Source: a virus (Duplodnaviria > Caudoviricetes). From it: a DNA stretch of 64,000 nucleotides. The DNA lies in IMG/VR virus record IMGVR_UViG_2895055527_000002, positions 1 through 64,000 of that record. The stretch is one strand, 5' to 3'. The position numbers and the translations under genes were made by a program. Positions 56,217-64,000 of the stretch are shown one piece after another (the first letter of the stretch is position 1; every line of letters starts with the position of its first letter). The notes beneath the pieces were generated by a model. The model was not told the DNA's origin, did not search any database, and saw nothing but the letters and a program-made list of their open reading frames with translations.

Positions 56217-59200
56217 ATGAAACACATCATCGGTTACGGCGGCGGAGGCAAAAGTGGCGGAGAAAATCGCTCTCCCGTGGAGAGCCCCGACAGTCTCCAC
56301 AACATCTCGTACGCAAGAATTCTGATTGCGCTCGGAGAAGGGGAGTTCGGTGGCTTAGTAAATGGCATGCAAAGTGTATTCATCGACGGCACGCCAATTC
56401 TCAATCCGGATGGGTCATCTAACTTCCAAAACGTCACCGTCGATTTCCGCCCGGGAACACAGGATCAACCGTACATCGAAGGTTTCCCTGAGGTCGAGAA
56501 CGAGACGTCTGTTGGAGCCGCTCTTACCTCGGCAATACCGTGGGCTCGCAGCTTTACCAATTTGCAGCTTTCTGCGGTACGGGTCACGCTCGCGGTGCCT
56601 GCCCTTTCCCAGGCAAACACTAGCAACGGCGATATCACCGGCTATCGAATCGAGTATGTGGTGGAGCTTTCGACGGACGGCGGCTCGTTTGAGCCGATCG
56701 CCGCAACGGCTTTCGATGGAAAGACCACTTCGAAATATCAGCGTAATCATCGAATCAACTTGCCCCACGCGGTTTCCGGGTGGGTAATTCGAGTTCGGCG
56801 CATCACTCCAAATGCGAACAGCAGCACGGTTAACGATACGACCACCGTTGAGAGCTTCACCGAGATTATCGATGCAAAGCTTAGGTACCCGACCACAGCG
56901 CTTTTGGGGGTTCAGGTTGACGCCCGTCAGTTCAATCGAATTCCGACGATATCGGCTGATATGCGGATGCGACTCGCGCGAGTCCCATCAAATTATGACC
57001 CCCAGACGCGCACGTATGCTGGAACGTGGGACGGCTCATTTAAGTCGGCATGGACAGATAACCCTGCATGGGTTTTCTACGACTATGTCTTAAACGAACG
57101 CTTTGGCCTCGGGCATCGCGTTACGCCCGCACAGGTCGACAAATGGTCGTTGTACCTGATTGCCCAGTACTGCGACGAACTTGTCGATGACGGAAAGGGT
57201 GGGCAAGAGCCTCGATTTACCTGCAATAGCTACGTTCAGTCGCGCACCGATGCCTACAAAATTTTGCAGGATATCGCGTCGGTCTTTCGGGGTATGGCGT
57301 ACTGGTCTAATGGCAACGTGATTGCCGTGGCCGACATGCCTAGCGATCCTGTCTACAGTTTCACGAATGCGAATGTAATCGACGGGACGTTTAAGTATGC
57401 GGGTAGCAGTTGGAAGGCTCGCAAGACGGTTGCCCTCGTCTCGTGGAATGATCCTGCCGACTTCTATAAGGCAAAGGTCGAGTACGTTGAGGATCAGGAC
57501 GGCATTGCCCGTTATGGGATTCAGCAAACCGAAACTACGGCGTTTGGCTGCACGAGTCAGGGGCAGGCGCAGCGCGTGGGGCACTGGACCCTGCTGACTA
57601 GCCGTATTGAAACGGAAACGATTTCGTTTTCGGTCGGCTTGGAAGAGGCGATGGTATCGCCGGGCAGCGTGATCAGCGTTGCTGATGCCTCCCGTGCTGG
57701 GCGCCGTATAGGTGGTCGTGTCGCGTCGGCGATTGGGGTGACGGTGGTGCTCGACAAAGCGGATCAGATCACCCATGGTGATTCGCTGACGGTAATTCTT
57801 CCCAGCGGTACGCGGCAGACACGCACAGTGCAGTCTGTCAGCGGGAACGCGGTAACGGTTTCTGCTAATTGGACGGAGGCTGTTCGCGCTGAGTCGGTAT
57901 GGACTGTTGAGAGCGCCAACCTCAAATCGCAGCTTTTCCGCGTGCTCAGCATTTCGCAAGGTGATGGTCTTACTTGGTCGATTACTGCGCTTCAGCACAA
58001 CCCCGATAAGTACGACGCGATCGACAGTGGCACGCGCTTGCAGCAGCGACCAATCAGCGTCATCCCACCGTCAGTGCAAGCCCCGCCATCTGGCGTAATG
58101 TGGGATTCCTATTCGGTCATCTCGCAAGGATTCGCGACGACCACAGGCGTCATTAAGTGGACAACAGCTGACAAGGCAGTCGCCTACGACGTTGAATGGC
58201 GGCGCGATAACAGCGAGTGGGTGAAGGCTGGGCGCACCGGATCACAAAGCATTGAAATTCCGGGGTTGTTTGCGGGCACGTATGTTTCCCGCGTCACGGC
58301 CATTAGCGCCCTCGATACGCCGTCGATCCCAGCTTACTCGGTGGCCACGGAGCTCTCCGGAAAGACGACTCCTCCACCTACCGTCACCAGGTTTGTCACA
58401 ACTGGCATCGTCTTTGGTATTCGCCAAGATTGGGGATTTCCTACGGGAGCGCTTGATGTCGAGCGCACCGAGGTTTGGTGTAGTCAGACAAGCGACCGAG
58501 CTGATGCGATCAAGTTGGCGGATTTTGCATATCCACAGAACACCAACACGATCATGGGAATGGCCGCCGGAGTGCGGCTATTTTTTTGGGCGCGTCTCGT
58601 CGACAAGAGCGGGAATATCGGTGAGTTTTATCCGACTGGCGCCGGTGTTCAAGGGCAGTCGAGTGATGATGCTGGTGAGATCCTCGACTACCTTGCCGGC
58701 AAGATCGGTTCCACACAGCTTGCGCAGGATTTGGCCAGCCGCATCGACCTTATCGATGCACCGCCGGGCGTAGCGGGATCGGTCAATCAACGGGTTCTCG
58801 AAGAGGCTGAAGCACGGCAGGCCGCGGTGAGCAGTGAGCAGTCGGCGCGGCAAGAAGCGGATGCGTCGCTAGGGCAGCGGATTGACACCGTCACTGCGGG
58901 TGTGGGTGGCAACGCTGCGGCTATTCAGCAAGAGGCAACGGCACGAGCCAACGGCGATACTGCGCTCGGCCAACGCATCGATACCGTTGTGGCGGGCGTG
59001 GCTGGCAACACCGCGGCCGTTACAGCAGAGGCAACAGCGCGCGCCGACGCTGATTCCGCGATGGCAACCCGCATCGATGGGGTGTACGCGCAACTGAATC
59101 CACCGATGGCCGGATCGACCGGAGATTACGCTGGTGCGACGACTGCTTTTGCGGGCGTGTGGTCTGAGCAGTCGGCGCGAGCGACGGCGGACATGGCGCT

Positions 59201-59717
59201 TGGAATTCGCGTCGACAACGTGCAGGCGACGCTCGACACCACGTCTGCACAGGTTCAAACAACGGCTCAGGCGCTCGTCGCGCTCGACGGCAAGGTCTCG
59301 GCTTCGTTCCAAATGAAAGTTGGCGTGACGGCGGGGGGACTTTATTACGGCGCTGGCATCGGTATCGGTGTAAGTAACGACAACGGCCCCATTCAAAGCC
59401 AGATCCTCTTCACAGCCGATCGCTTCGGATTCATCAATCTGATCAACGGAACGGTGAGTACCCCGTTCGTGATCGAGAACGGCCAGACGTTCATTAGCCA
59501 GGCGATTATTGGCACCGGTCGGATCACCAACGCCATGATTGGCGACTACATCCAGTCAAACAACTACCAAGAGGGGGTGTCAGGGTGGCGGTTAGATAAG
59601 GGCGGCAGCCTGTATATGAATGGCGTCAATGGCGGTGGCCGGGTGGTGCTCTCGCCGAATGGCCTGTACGTGTACGACGAGAACGGCGTCCTACGTGTGA
59701 AGTTGGGGAAACTCTGA
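56217..59717 (+). CDS. Host-specificity / central tail tip protein J
   Basis: GGGGK..ESPDSL, WTDNPAW, EPRFTCN, FnIII-like region, EATARA repeats, LRVKLG end. Confidence 0.95.
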   Translation: MKHIIGYGGGGKSGGENRSPVESPDSLHNISYARILIALGEGEFGGLVNGMQSVFIDGTPILNPDGSSNFQNVTVDFRPGTQDQPYIEGFPEVENETSVGAALTSAIPWARSFTNLQLSAVRVTLAVPALSQANTSNGDITGYRIEYVVELSTDGGSFEPIAATAFDGKTTSKYQRNHRINLPHAVSGWVIRVRRITPNANSSTVNDTTTVESFTEIIDAKLRYPTTALLGVQVDARQFNRIPTISADMRMRLARVPSNYDPQTRTYAGTWDGSFKSAWTDNPAWVFYDYVLNERFGLGHRVTPAQVDKWSLYLIAQYCDELVDDGKGGQEPRFTCNSYVQSRTDAYKILQDIASVFRGMAYWSNGNVIAVADMPSDPVYSFTNANVIDGTFKYAGSSWKARKTVALVSWNDPADFYKAKVEYVEDQDGIARYGIQQTETTAFGCTSQGQAQRVGHWTLLTSRIETETISFSVGLEEAMVSPGSVISVADASRAGRRIGGRVASAIGVTVVLDKADQITHGDSLTVILPSGTRQTRTVQSVSGNAVTVSANWTEAVRAESVWTVESANLKSQLFRVLSISQGDGLTWSITALQHNPDKYDAIDSGTRLQQRPISVIPPSVQAPPSGVMWDSYSVISQGFATTTGVIKWTTADKAVAYDVEWRRDNSEWVKAGRTGSQSIEIPGLFAGTYVSRVTAISALDTPSIPAYSVATELSGKTTPPPTVTRFVTTGIVFGIRQDWGFPTGALDVERTEVWCSQTSDRADAIKLADFAYPQNTNTIMGMAAGVRLFFWARLVDKSGNIGEFYPTGAGVQGQSSDDAGEILDYLAGKIGSTQLAQDLASRIDLIDAPPGVAGSVNQRVLEEAEARQAAVSSEQSARQEADASLGQRIDTVTAGVGGNAAAIQQEATARANGDTALGQRIDTVVAGVAGNTAAVTAEATARADADSAMATRIDGVYAQLNPPMAGSTGDYAGATTAFAGVWSEQSARATADMALGIRVDNVQATLDTTSAQVQTTAQALVALDGKVSASFQMKVGVTAGGLYYGAGIGIGVSNDNGPIQSQILFTADRFGFINLINGTVSTPFVIENGQTFISQAIIGTGRITNAMIGDYIQSNNYQEGVSGWRLDKGGSLYMNGVNGGGRVVLSPNGLYVYDENGVLRVKLGKL

Positions 59718-60034
59718 TGTTGGCGGGACTGGAGTTGGCTGGGCTGGAACTGAATGGCCCGAACGGCGAACCGGTGTTGCGGCTTTCTTCGCGGGTAGGT
59801 CGAGTCCTCGGATCGGTATACGTTAATGGAACCTCGGGAAGCCTTCAACATGACGCGCTAGCCTCGGGTGAAGCGTTCGCTTCGTTTCACCTACAGCAGC
59901 TCTTCTACGACGTCAGATCATTTCGCCGATTTCCGCGCATCTCGATCTCGGGCAAAACGCTCTCGTGGTACTACCCGGAGCCGCAGGGAAATCAGGTCAC
60001 GATGGCTGGCTACATTACTTATGGGGTTCGCTAG
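59717..60034 (+). CDS. Small tail-tip associated protein
   Basis: Coupled to J; ends ITYGVR. Confidence 0.75.
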   Translation: MLAGLELAGLELNGPNGEPVLRLSSRVGRVLGSVYVNGTSGSLQHDALASGEAFASFHLQQLFYDVRSFRRFPRISISGKTLSWYYPEPQGNQVTMAGYITYGVR

Positions 60035-60810
60035 TGGAATACGGATTTGTCGCTGAGAACGATGGCGGCATATTGCAGATCGACGGCACGTATGCGAACT
60101 ACTCGCTGGCATTGAAGGGGGCGGTAACGCTCTCAGAGCAGTCTTTGTTTCTAGGCGGCTCCGGCGCGGGAAATGTTTACGGCACATGTTACGTTGCCGA
60201 CGTGAGCTACACAGCGCCCGACCCCCTGTTTGTAATGGAGAACACGAGCGGAATTCCTGTTGTAGTCATCTCGACGGCCAGCGTCGGCCCGAACATGTGG
60301 CAAACACGACTGATGGCCTTGGCAGCCGTTTCGGTAACGTACTACGTGTTCTCTTCAAACGTGGTAGTTGCGGGTTCCGGGTGGGGCATGATTGTCTATG
60401 ACGGTGTTGGGCAACCGGGTGGCACCGGCCGCCCAGTAGCCAGTTCGAACATGAAGTACCCGCTGATTCGCCAGGTGGTAGCAGGCAACGTGATCGGAGC
60501 AGGGCCGGATTACGGCCAGTACAACTATGCGGCAGCGACGAGCTTCTCGGCGACGTTCTCGCCTGGTGGTGGCCGCATCGGGGTTGGGGCGATTCGTACG
60601 CCTTCGACGCAATTCAACGGTAGCGTGCTCTCGGGGGCATGGCGAGGAAACATCGGCTTTGGTGGATGGATGACCGGCAACGGTGTGGCGACGTTCTCCA
60701 CCTTCAATTGGCGTTTCGGGCCGAGTTCACCAAACCCTCCAAATTTCCAATATGACTACCAGTCTGCGCTCGACTACGGGGGCATTCTGATCGACGTGAG
60801 CAATCTGTGA
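60034..60810 (+). CDS. Tail-tip / receptor-binding associated protein
   Basis: YGFVAENDGGILQIDGTY..; beta-rich; ends IDVSNL. Confidence 0.75.
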   Translation: MEYGFVAENDGGILQIDGTYANYSLALKGAVTLSEQSLFLGGSGAGNVYGTCYVADVSYTAPDPLFVMENTSGIPVVVISTASVGPNMWQTRLMALAAVSVTYYVFSSNVVVAGSGWGMIVYDGVGQPGGTGRPVASSNMKYPLIRQVVAGNVIGAGPDYGQYNYAAATSFSATFSPGGGRIGVGAIRTPSTQFNGSVLSGAWRGNIGFGGWMTGNGVATFSTFNWRFGPSSPNPPNFQYDYQSALDYGGILIDVSNL

Positions 60811-60815
60811 TCGCC

Positions 60816-60837
60816 AGCCACCTTCGGGTGGCTTTTT
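60816..60837 (+). terminator. Intrinsic terminator
   Basis: AGCCACC-TTCG-GGTGGCT-TTTT. Confidence 0.85.
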
Positions 60838-60879
60838 CATTTCCGGGGCAGGGCGCGGGGGCGCCCAAAGGACAAATCA

Positions 60880-61221
60880 ATGGCAGAACCCACATCGAGC
60901 GCAGCAGCGGCCGCTTTGGCTGTGGTGGTGAAGGTGCTACCGGGGGCCGTGGGCTCGCTGATTGCACTTCGGTTCATCGGTGAAGGGCTGACACGAAAGC
61001 AAAAGGCGATGTCGTTCGCGGCCGGCGCGGCGATGTCGTACTACATCAGCCCATTGGTGGTGGTGTATTTCGCGATCACGGATGCCGGCGCGCAGCAAGC
61101 GCTTGGCTTTCTGTTGGGGTTGTTCGGCCTCGCGGTAGCGAAAGAAGTGTTCAAGGAAATCAACGATGCCGACTTTATCGGGGCTCTCAAGCGGCGATTT
61201 TTCGGAGGGCTGGAGAAATGA
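60880..61221 (+). CDS. Holin
   Basis: About 3 TM segments; first gene of the lysis cassette. Confidence 0.75.
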   Translation: MAEPTSSAAAAALAVVVKVLPGAVGSLIALRFIGEGLTRKQKAMSFAAGAAMSYYISPLVVVYFAITDAGAQQALGFLLGLFGLAVAKEVFKEINDADFIGALKRRFFGGLEK

Positions 61222-61505
61222 TCACGCTTTTGGTTTGTTTGTTTATCGCGGCAAACATCATCGTTCTCGCCGCCAGTATTTGGATCTCACTCAGTGACGC
61301 TCTTCCGACAGGCTTTTGGGGCACGTTTGGCTTTGCCATGATCGGCCTTTCCGCGGCCATCAATCTTTCCAAGCCCATCTGGATGCGCGAAGCGATCGAT
61401 GGCCCCGAAATCTTGATGCTGGTGGGCATGGCTGTGGTTGGTATTTGGATGATGGTTCGCAAGGTCTACTGGCATAACAAGGGAGGGCGGGATGACACGT
61501 ATTGA
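61218..61505 (+). CDS. Second holin-like or antiholin membrane protein
   Basis: 3 TM segments, basic C-terminus, overlaps both neighbours. Confidence 0.65.
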   Translation: MITLLVCLFIAANIIVLAASIWISLSDALPTGFWGTFGFAMIGLSAAINLSKPIWMREAIDGPEILMLVGMAVVGIWMMVRKVYWHNKGGRDDTY

Positions 61506-61968
61506 CCCAACAACGGCAGGCGGCCAAAACGTCTGCGCTTTCCTCGACATGCTCGCATGGTCGGAATTCACCTCGCGCATCGCAGGCTCGGATGATGGGT
61601 ACAACGTTTTGGTCGGCGGCGGATTATTCCCGAGCTACGCCGACCACCCGCGAAAATCAGTGTGGATCAAACGCTTCAATGTCTGGTCGACGGCCGCGGG
61701 CCGGTACCAACTGCTCTCGCGGTACTTCGACGTGTACAAGAAGCAGCTGGGGTTGCCCGACTTCTCGCCGATCAGCCAGGACAAGATTGCTATTCAACAG
61801 ATCCGCGAGCGTGGCGCGCTGCCGGACATCAAAGCCGGACAGATCGAAGTGGCGATATCCAAGTGCCGAAACATCTGGGCGAGTCTGCCTGGTGCTGGAT
61901 ATGGTCAGGTCGAACACGCGATCGAGCCGCTGATTCAGCAGTACGTGAAAGCTGGAGGTGCCCTGTGA
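61492..61968 (+). CDS. Endolysin, lambda R-type transglycosylase
   Basis: AFLDMLAWSE..DHPR..STAAGRYQ..WASLPGAGYGQ. Confidence 0.93.
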   Translation: MTRIDPTTAGGQNVCAFLDMLAWSEFTSRIAGSDDGYNVLVGGGLFPSYADHPRKSVWIKRFNVWSTAAGRYQLLSRYFDVYKKQLGLPDFSPISQDKIAIQQIRERGALPDIKAGQIEVAISKCRNIWASLPGAGYGQVEHAIEPLIQQYVKAGGAL

Positions 61969-62336
61969 GTTGGATCGACCCGCGTCTGTGGGGGGCTTTT
62001 ATTCTAGCGATCGCGCTTGCGTGCAGTGCTGGCTATCTCAAAGGACGGTCGACCGGGATTGACGACCAGAGGGCTGAGCAGGCCAAAGAGGTGCAAGCGT
62101 GGCAAGAGAATGCCGAGGCTGCCTTCGGCATGTACCTCGAAGCCAAGGACAAGAAAGAAGTCCAGTACCGAACCATTACGAAGACTGTGGAGGCCGCCAA
62201 GAATGCGACGCCTGATATTGTTGATTGCCGCACTGGTGACGACTGGATGCGCCTCTACCGTGACAACGCGGCCATTGCCAATGGCACAGCCATGCCCGCC
62301 GGTGCTCGAACAGCCGTCGGGTCCGACGCTCGCTGA
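61965..62336 (+). CDS. Rz: i-spanin
   Basis: N-terminal TM plus helical periplasmic region after the endolysin. Confidence 0.7.
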   Translation: MSWIDPRLWGAFILAIALACSAGYLKGRSTGIDDQRAEQAKEVQAWQENAEAAFGMYLEAKDKKEVQYRTITKTVEAAKNATPDIVDCRTGDDWMRLYRDNAAIANGTAMPAGARTAVGSDAR

Positions 62337-62430
62337 CCTTCGGCAATTTGCGCTCGATCTTCAGCGCCAAGGGGGAGAGTGTCGAGATCGTCAGCAGGCG
62401 CTACTTCGATCGGTGACGAAGCGGGATTGA
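62203..62430 (+). CDS. Rz1: o-spanin lipoprotein
   Basis: GGAGG RBS; MRRLILLIAALVTTG-C; Pro-rich; overlaps Rz in another frame. Confidence 0.75.
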   Translation: MRRLILLIAALVTTGCASTVTTRPLPMAQPCPPVLEQPSGPTLADLRQFALDLQRQGGECRDRQQALLRSVTKRD

Positions 62431-62651
62431 TTTGATTGCGAGAGGGGCGTGCGATAACTGCATAATGAGTAAAACAGAGTTATCACATATGCAGCTATTC
62501 GTCGGCATCACCTAGTGTCGGCGATGTAGTGAGAAAAGAGCAGACCATCGACACCGGGGCCTTGTTGGATGACAATTTGGCTTATAGAGTCAGACACCAG
62601 TTCATCTGGCCGACTGTTCTAATTTCAACTACGTCCTTGCGGGGTATGGTG

Positions 62652-63278
62652 ATGCGGCAGGAACTCGTTGATCTAATCCAACGGATTGCAGTGCGTGAGC
62701 CGTTGGTCAACTCGGACGATTCAATCTCTTGGCACGCTCTTCGCGAAGCGGAAAAACTCGACGACGAATCGCTAGTTGTAGAGATCGATGCATATCTGGC
62801 TCAGAAGCCTAGAAAGGAACAGCGCTCTGCTGCCTACTTCATTATCGGCAAGATCGGAAAGAACTGTTCAAGTGAAAAGTGTGCATCTCTCCTCATTGAA
62901 TATTCATCCAAAGAGCATGATAAGTACGCACTGGCGGGCATACTTGACCGACTCGCTGATATTCCGAAGCCTGAAAGCGTCGACGTAACGCCACTGTTTC
63001 AGCACCTCAATGATGCTCGTTGGCTCGTAAGGCGTTCTGCAATAGGCTCGCTAGCGGGCTGTCACAGGGCCGAGGTGGAAGATAGGTTGCTTGATATTCT
63101 GGCGACCACATTAGATCCCTATGATGCAGCCTGTTGCCACTCCACTCTCAACAAAATTGGCACGCGTAAGTCTATCCCTTCGCTTGAGAAAAACCTAAAG
63201 TCCAGAAAACGTGACGTGAAGCTTTCGGCTCGTTACGCGATAGCGGCTATTGAGGCGCGTGAGGCCGGTCGGTCCTAA
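62652..63278 (+). CDS. HEAT-repeat moron protein
   Basis: RSAAYFIIGKIG, WLVRRSAIGSL, DVKLSARYAI; lower GC than the flanking genes. Confidence 0.75.
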   Translation: MRQELVDLIQRIAVREPLVNSDDSISWHALREAEKLDDESLVVEIDAYLAQKPRKEQRSAAYFIIGKIGKNCSSEKCASLLIEYSSKEHDKYALAGILDRLADIPKPESVDVTPLFQHLNDARWLVRRSAIGSLAGCHRAEVEDRLLDILATTLDPYDAACCHSTLNKIGTRKSIPSLEKNLKSRKRDVKLSARYAIAAIEAREAGRS

Positions 63279-63366
63279 GTGCTGGCCTCTATGGTCGTCG
63301 ATCGAAACCTGCCGCATTCGCTCACCAGGCGCGCACAAAGTTGCTTTTGCGCTCACACGTGAGCGG

Positions 63367-63972
63367 TTATCGCTTTCCCTTCGGCTTTTCCCACCACTCG
63401 TCAGCGTTGTACCCATGTACGCGCTCGCCCATCTTCGGTGCCCGCAGCAGTAGGGCGGGGCCGTCCATATCCGGGTTCATCGCATGCTGCGTGACCCGCG
63501 ACCATTCGAACGCATTCCCCATCATTGTCCGGCTGGCGAGCGTGGTTCGCTCGTGCGGCGTTAGCCCCGGGTCCATCCAGAACCGCGCAAGTGAGCCGGG
63601 CATCGTGACCGGTACCCGCGGCGCAAGCTCTGCCAGTTTGCCGGGGGCTGGTGCGACGAGCACTGAAAAGCCGTCGACGGCAGACCAGTGAACCGGCGCA
63701 CCCAGTGCGAGCAGGAACACTGGCTCGCCATCGCGCGGCCGGACGTGCCATGCTTCCCTTTCTGTCCCTCTGTTGCGAACGATCGTCCAGCCGCAAGCGC
63801 ACACCAGATACCGATGGTGCAGCCACGCCTCGCTGAAATACGGCTTGTCCATGGCCGTCTCGACCTGGGCGAACGGCTGCGGGCCATATCGCTTACCTAT
63901 GTCATTGTCGGGCGCAAAACCCCAGCGGGCGCCGTTGATACTCAGGCCGCTTTCTGGCCGCCGCATAGCCAA
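63367..63972 (-). CDS. SRAP (SOS response-associated peptidase)-like protein, 5' end possibly beyond the window
   Basis: ARWGFAP..AQVETAMDKPYFSEAW..R.LV..RVPVTM..W..VTQHAMNP; divergent. Confidence 0.6.
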   Translation of the reverse strand: MAMRRPESGLSINGARWGFAPDNDIGKRYGPQPFAQVETAMDKPYFSEAWLHHRYLVCACGWTIVRNRGTEREAWHVRPRDGEPVFLLALGAPVHWSAVDGFSVLVAPAPGKLAELAPRVPVTMPGSLARFWMDPGLTPHERTTLASRTMMGNAFEWSRVTQHAMNPDMDGPALLLRAPKMGERVHGYNADEWWEKPKGKR

Positions 63973-64000
63973 AGCACACAGTTCACCGGGAACATGGTTG

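Larger units (their letters stand above)
24376..64000. mobile_element. Lambdoid siphoprophage (HK97-type head, lambda-type tail); right end outside the window
   Basis: Ordered int/xis, immunity, replication, Q-like, terminase, head, tail and lysis modules with no obvious disruptions. Confidence 0.92.

Noticed and set aside
41420-59396. Numerous long minus-strand ORFs across the head and tail genes
   Set aside because: Typical antisense shadows of high-GC coding sequence

Overview
Two mobile elements abut each other in this window; the host is probably a Burkholderiaceae-type betaproteobacterium (inferred from gene content and codon style only). (1) Positions 1-24375 are a patchwork defence island. 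It carries an ApeA-like HEPN protein, a TIR protein with an unknown partner, Hachiman (hamAB), a caspase/CHAT-like protease next to a frameshifted trypsin-like protease, an Ec67-type RT-TOPRIM retron whose msr-msd RNA can be read directly from the sequence, a multi-domain HNH nuclease, a C.Csp231I-like controller with its operators, and several decayed remnants. The island ends at 24375 in what looks like a Tn7-like transposon end (terminal TGT, four 16-bp repeats, an IHF site); no tns genes lie in the window. (2) From about 24376 to the window end is an apparently intact lambdoid siphoprophage. It has a GIY-YIG gene and int/xis, an early-left region full of oppositely oriented morons, a short non-cleavable repressor with cro and operators, a LexA-boxed gene, replication genes, RusA and a Q-like gene, an HK97-type head, a lambda-type tail with a -1 frameshift, a lysis cassette, a HEAT-repeat moron and a SRAP gene. 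No CRISPR array, rRNA or tRNA was seen. All family calls are from motif recognition by eye; no database searches were run.
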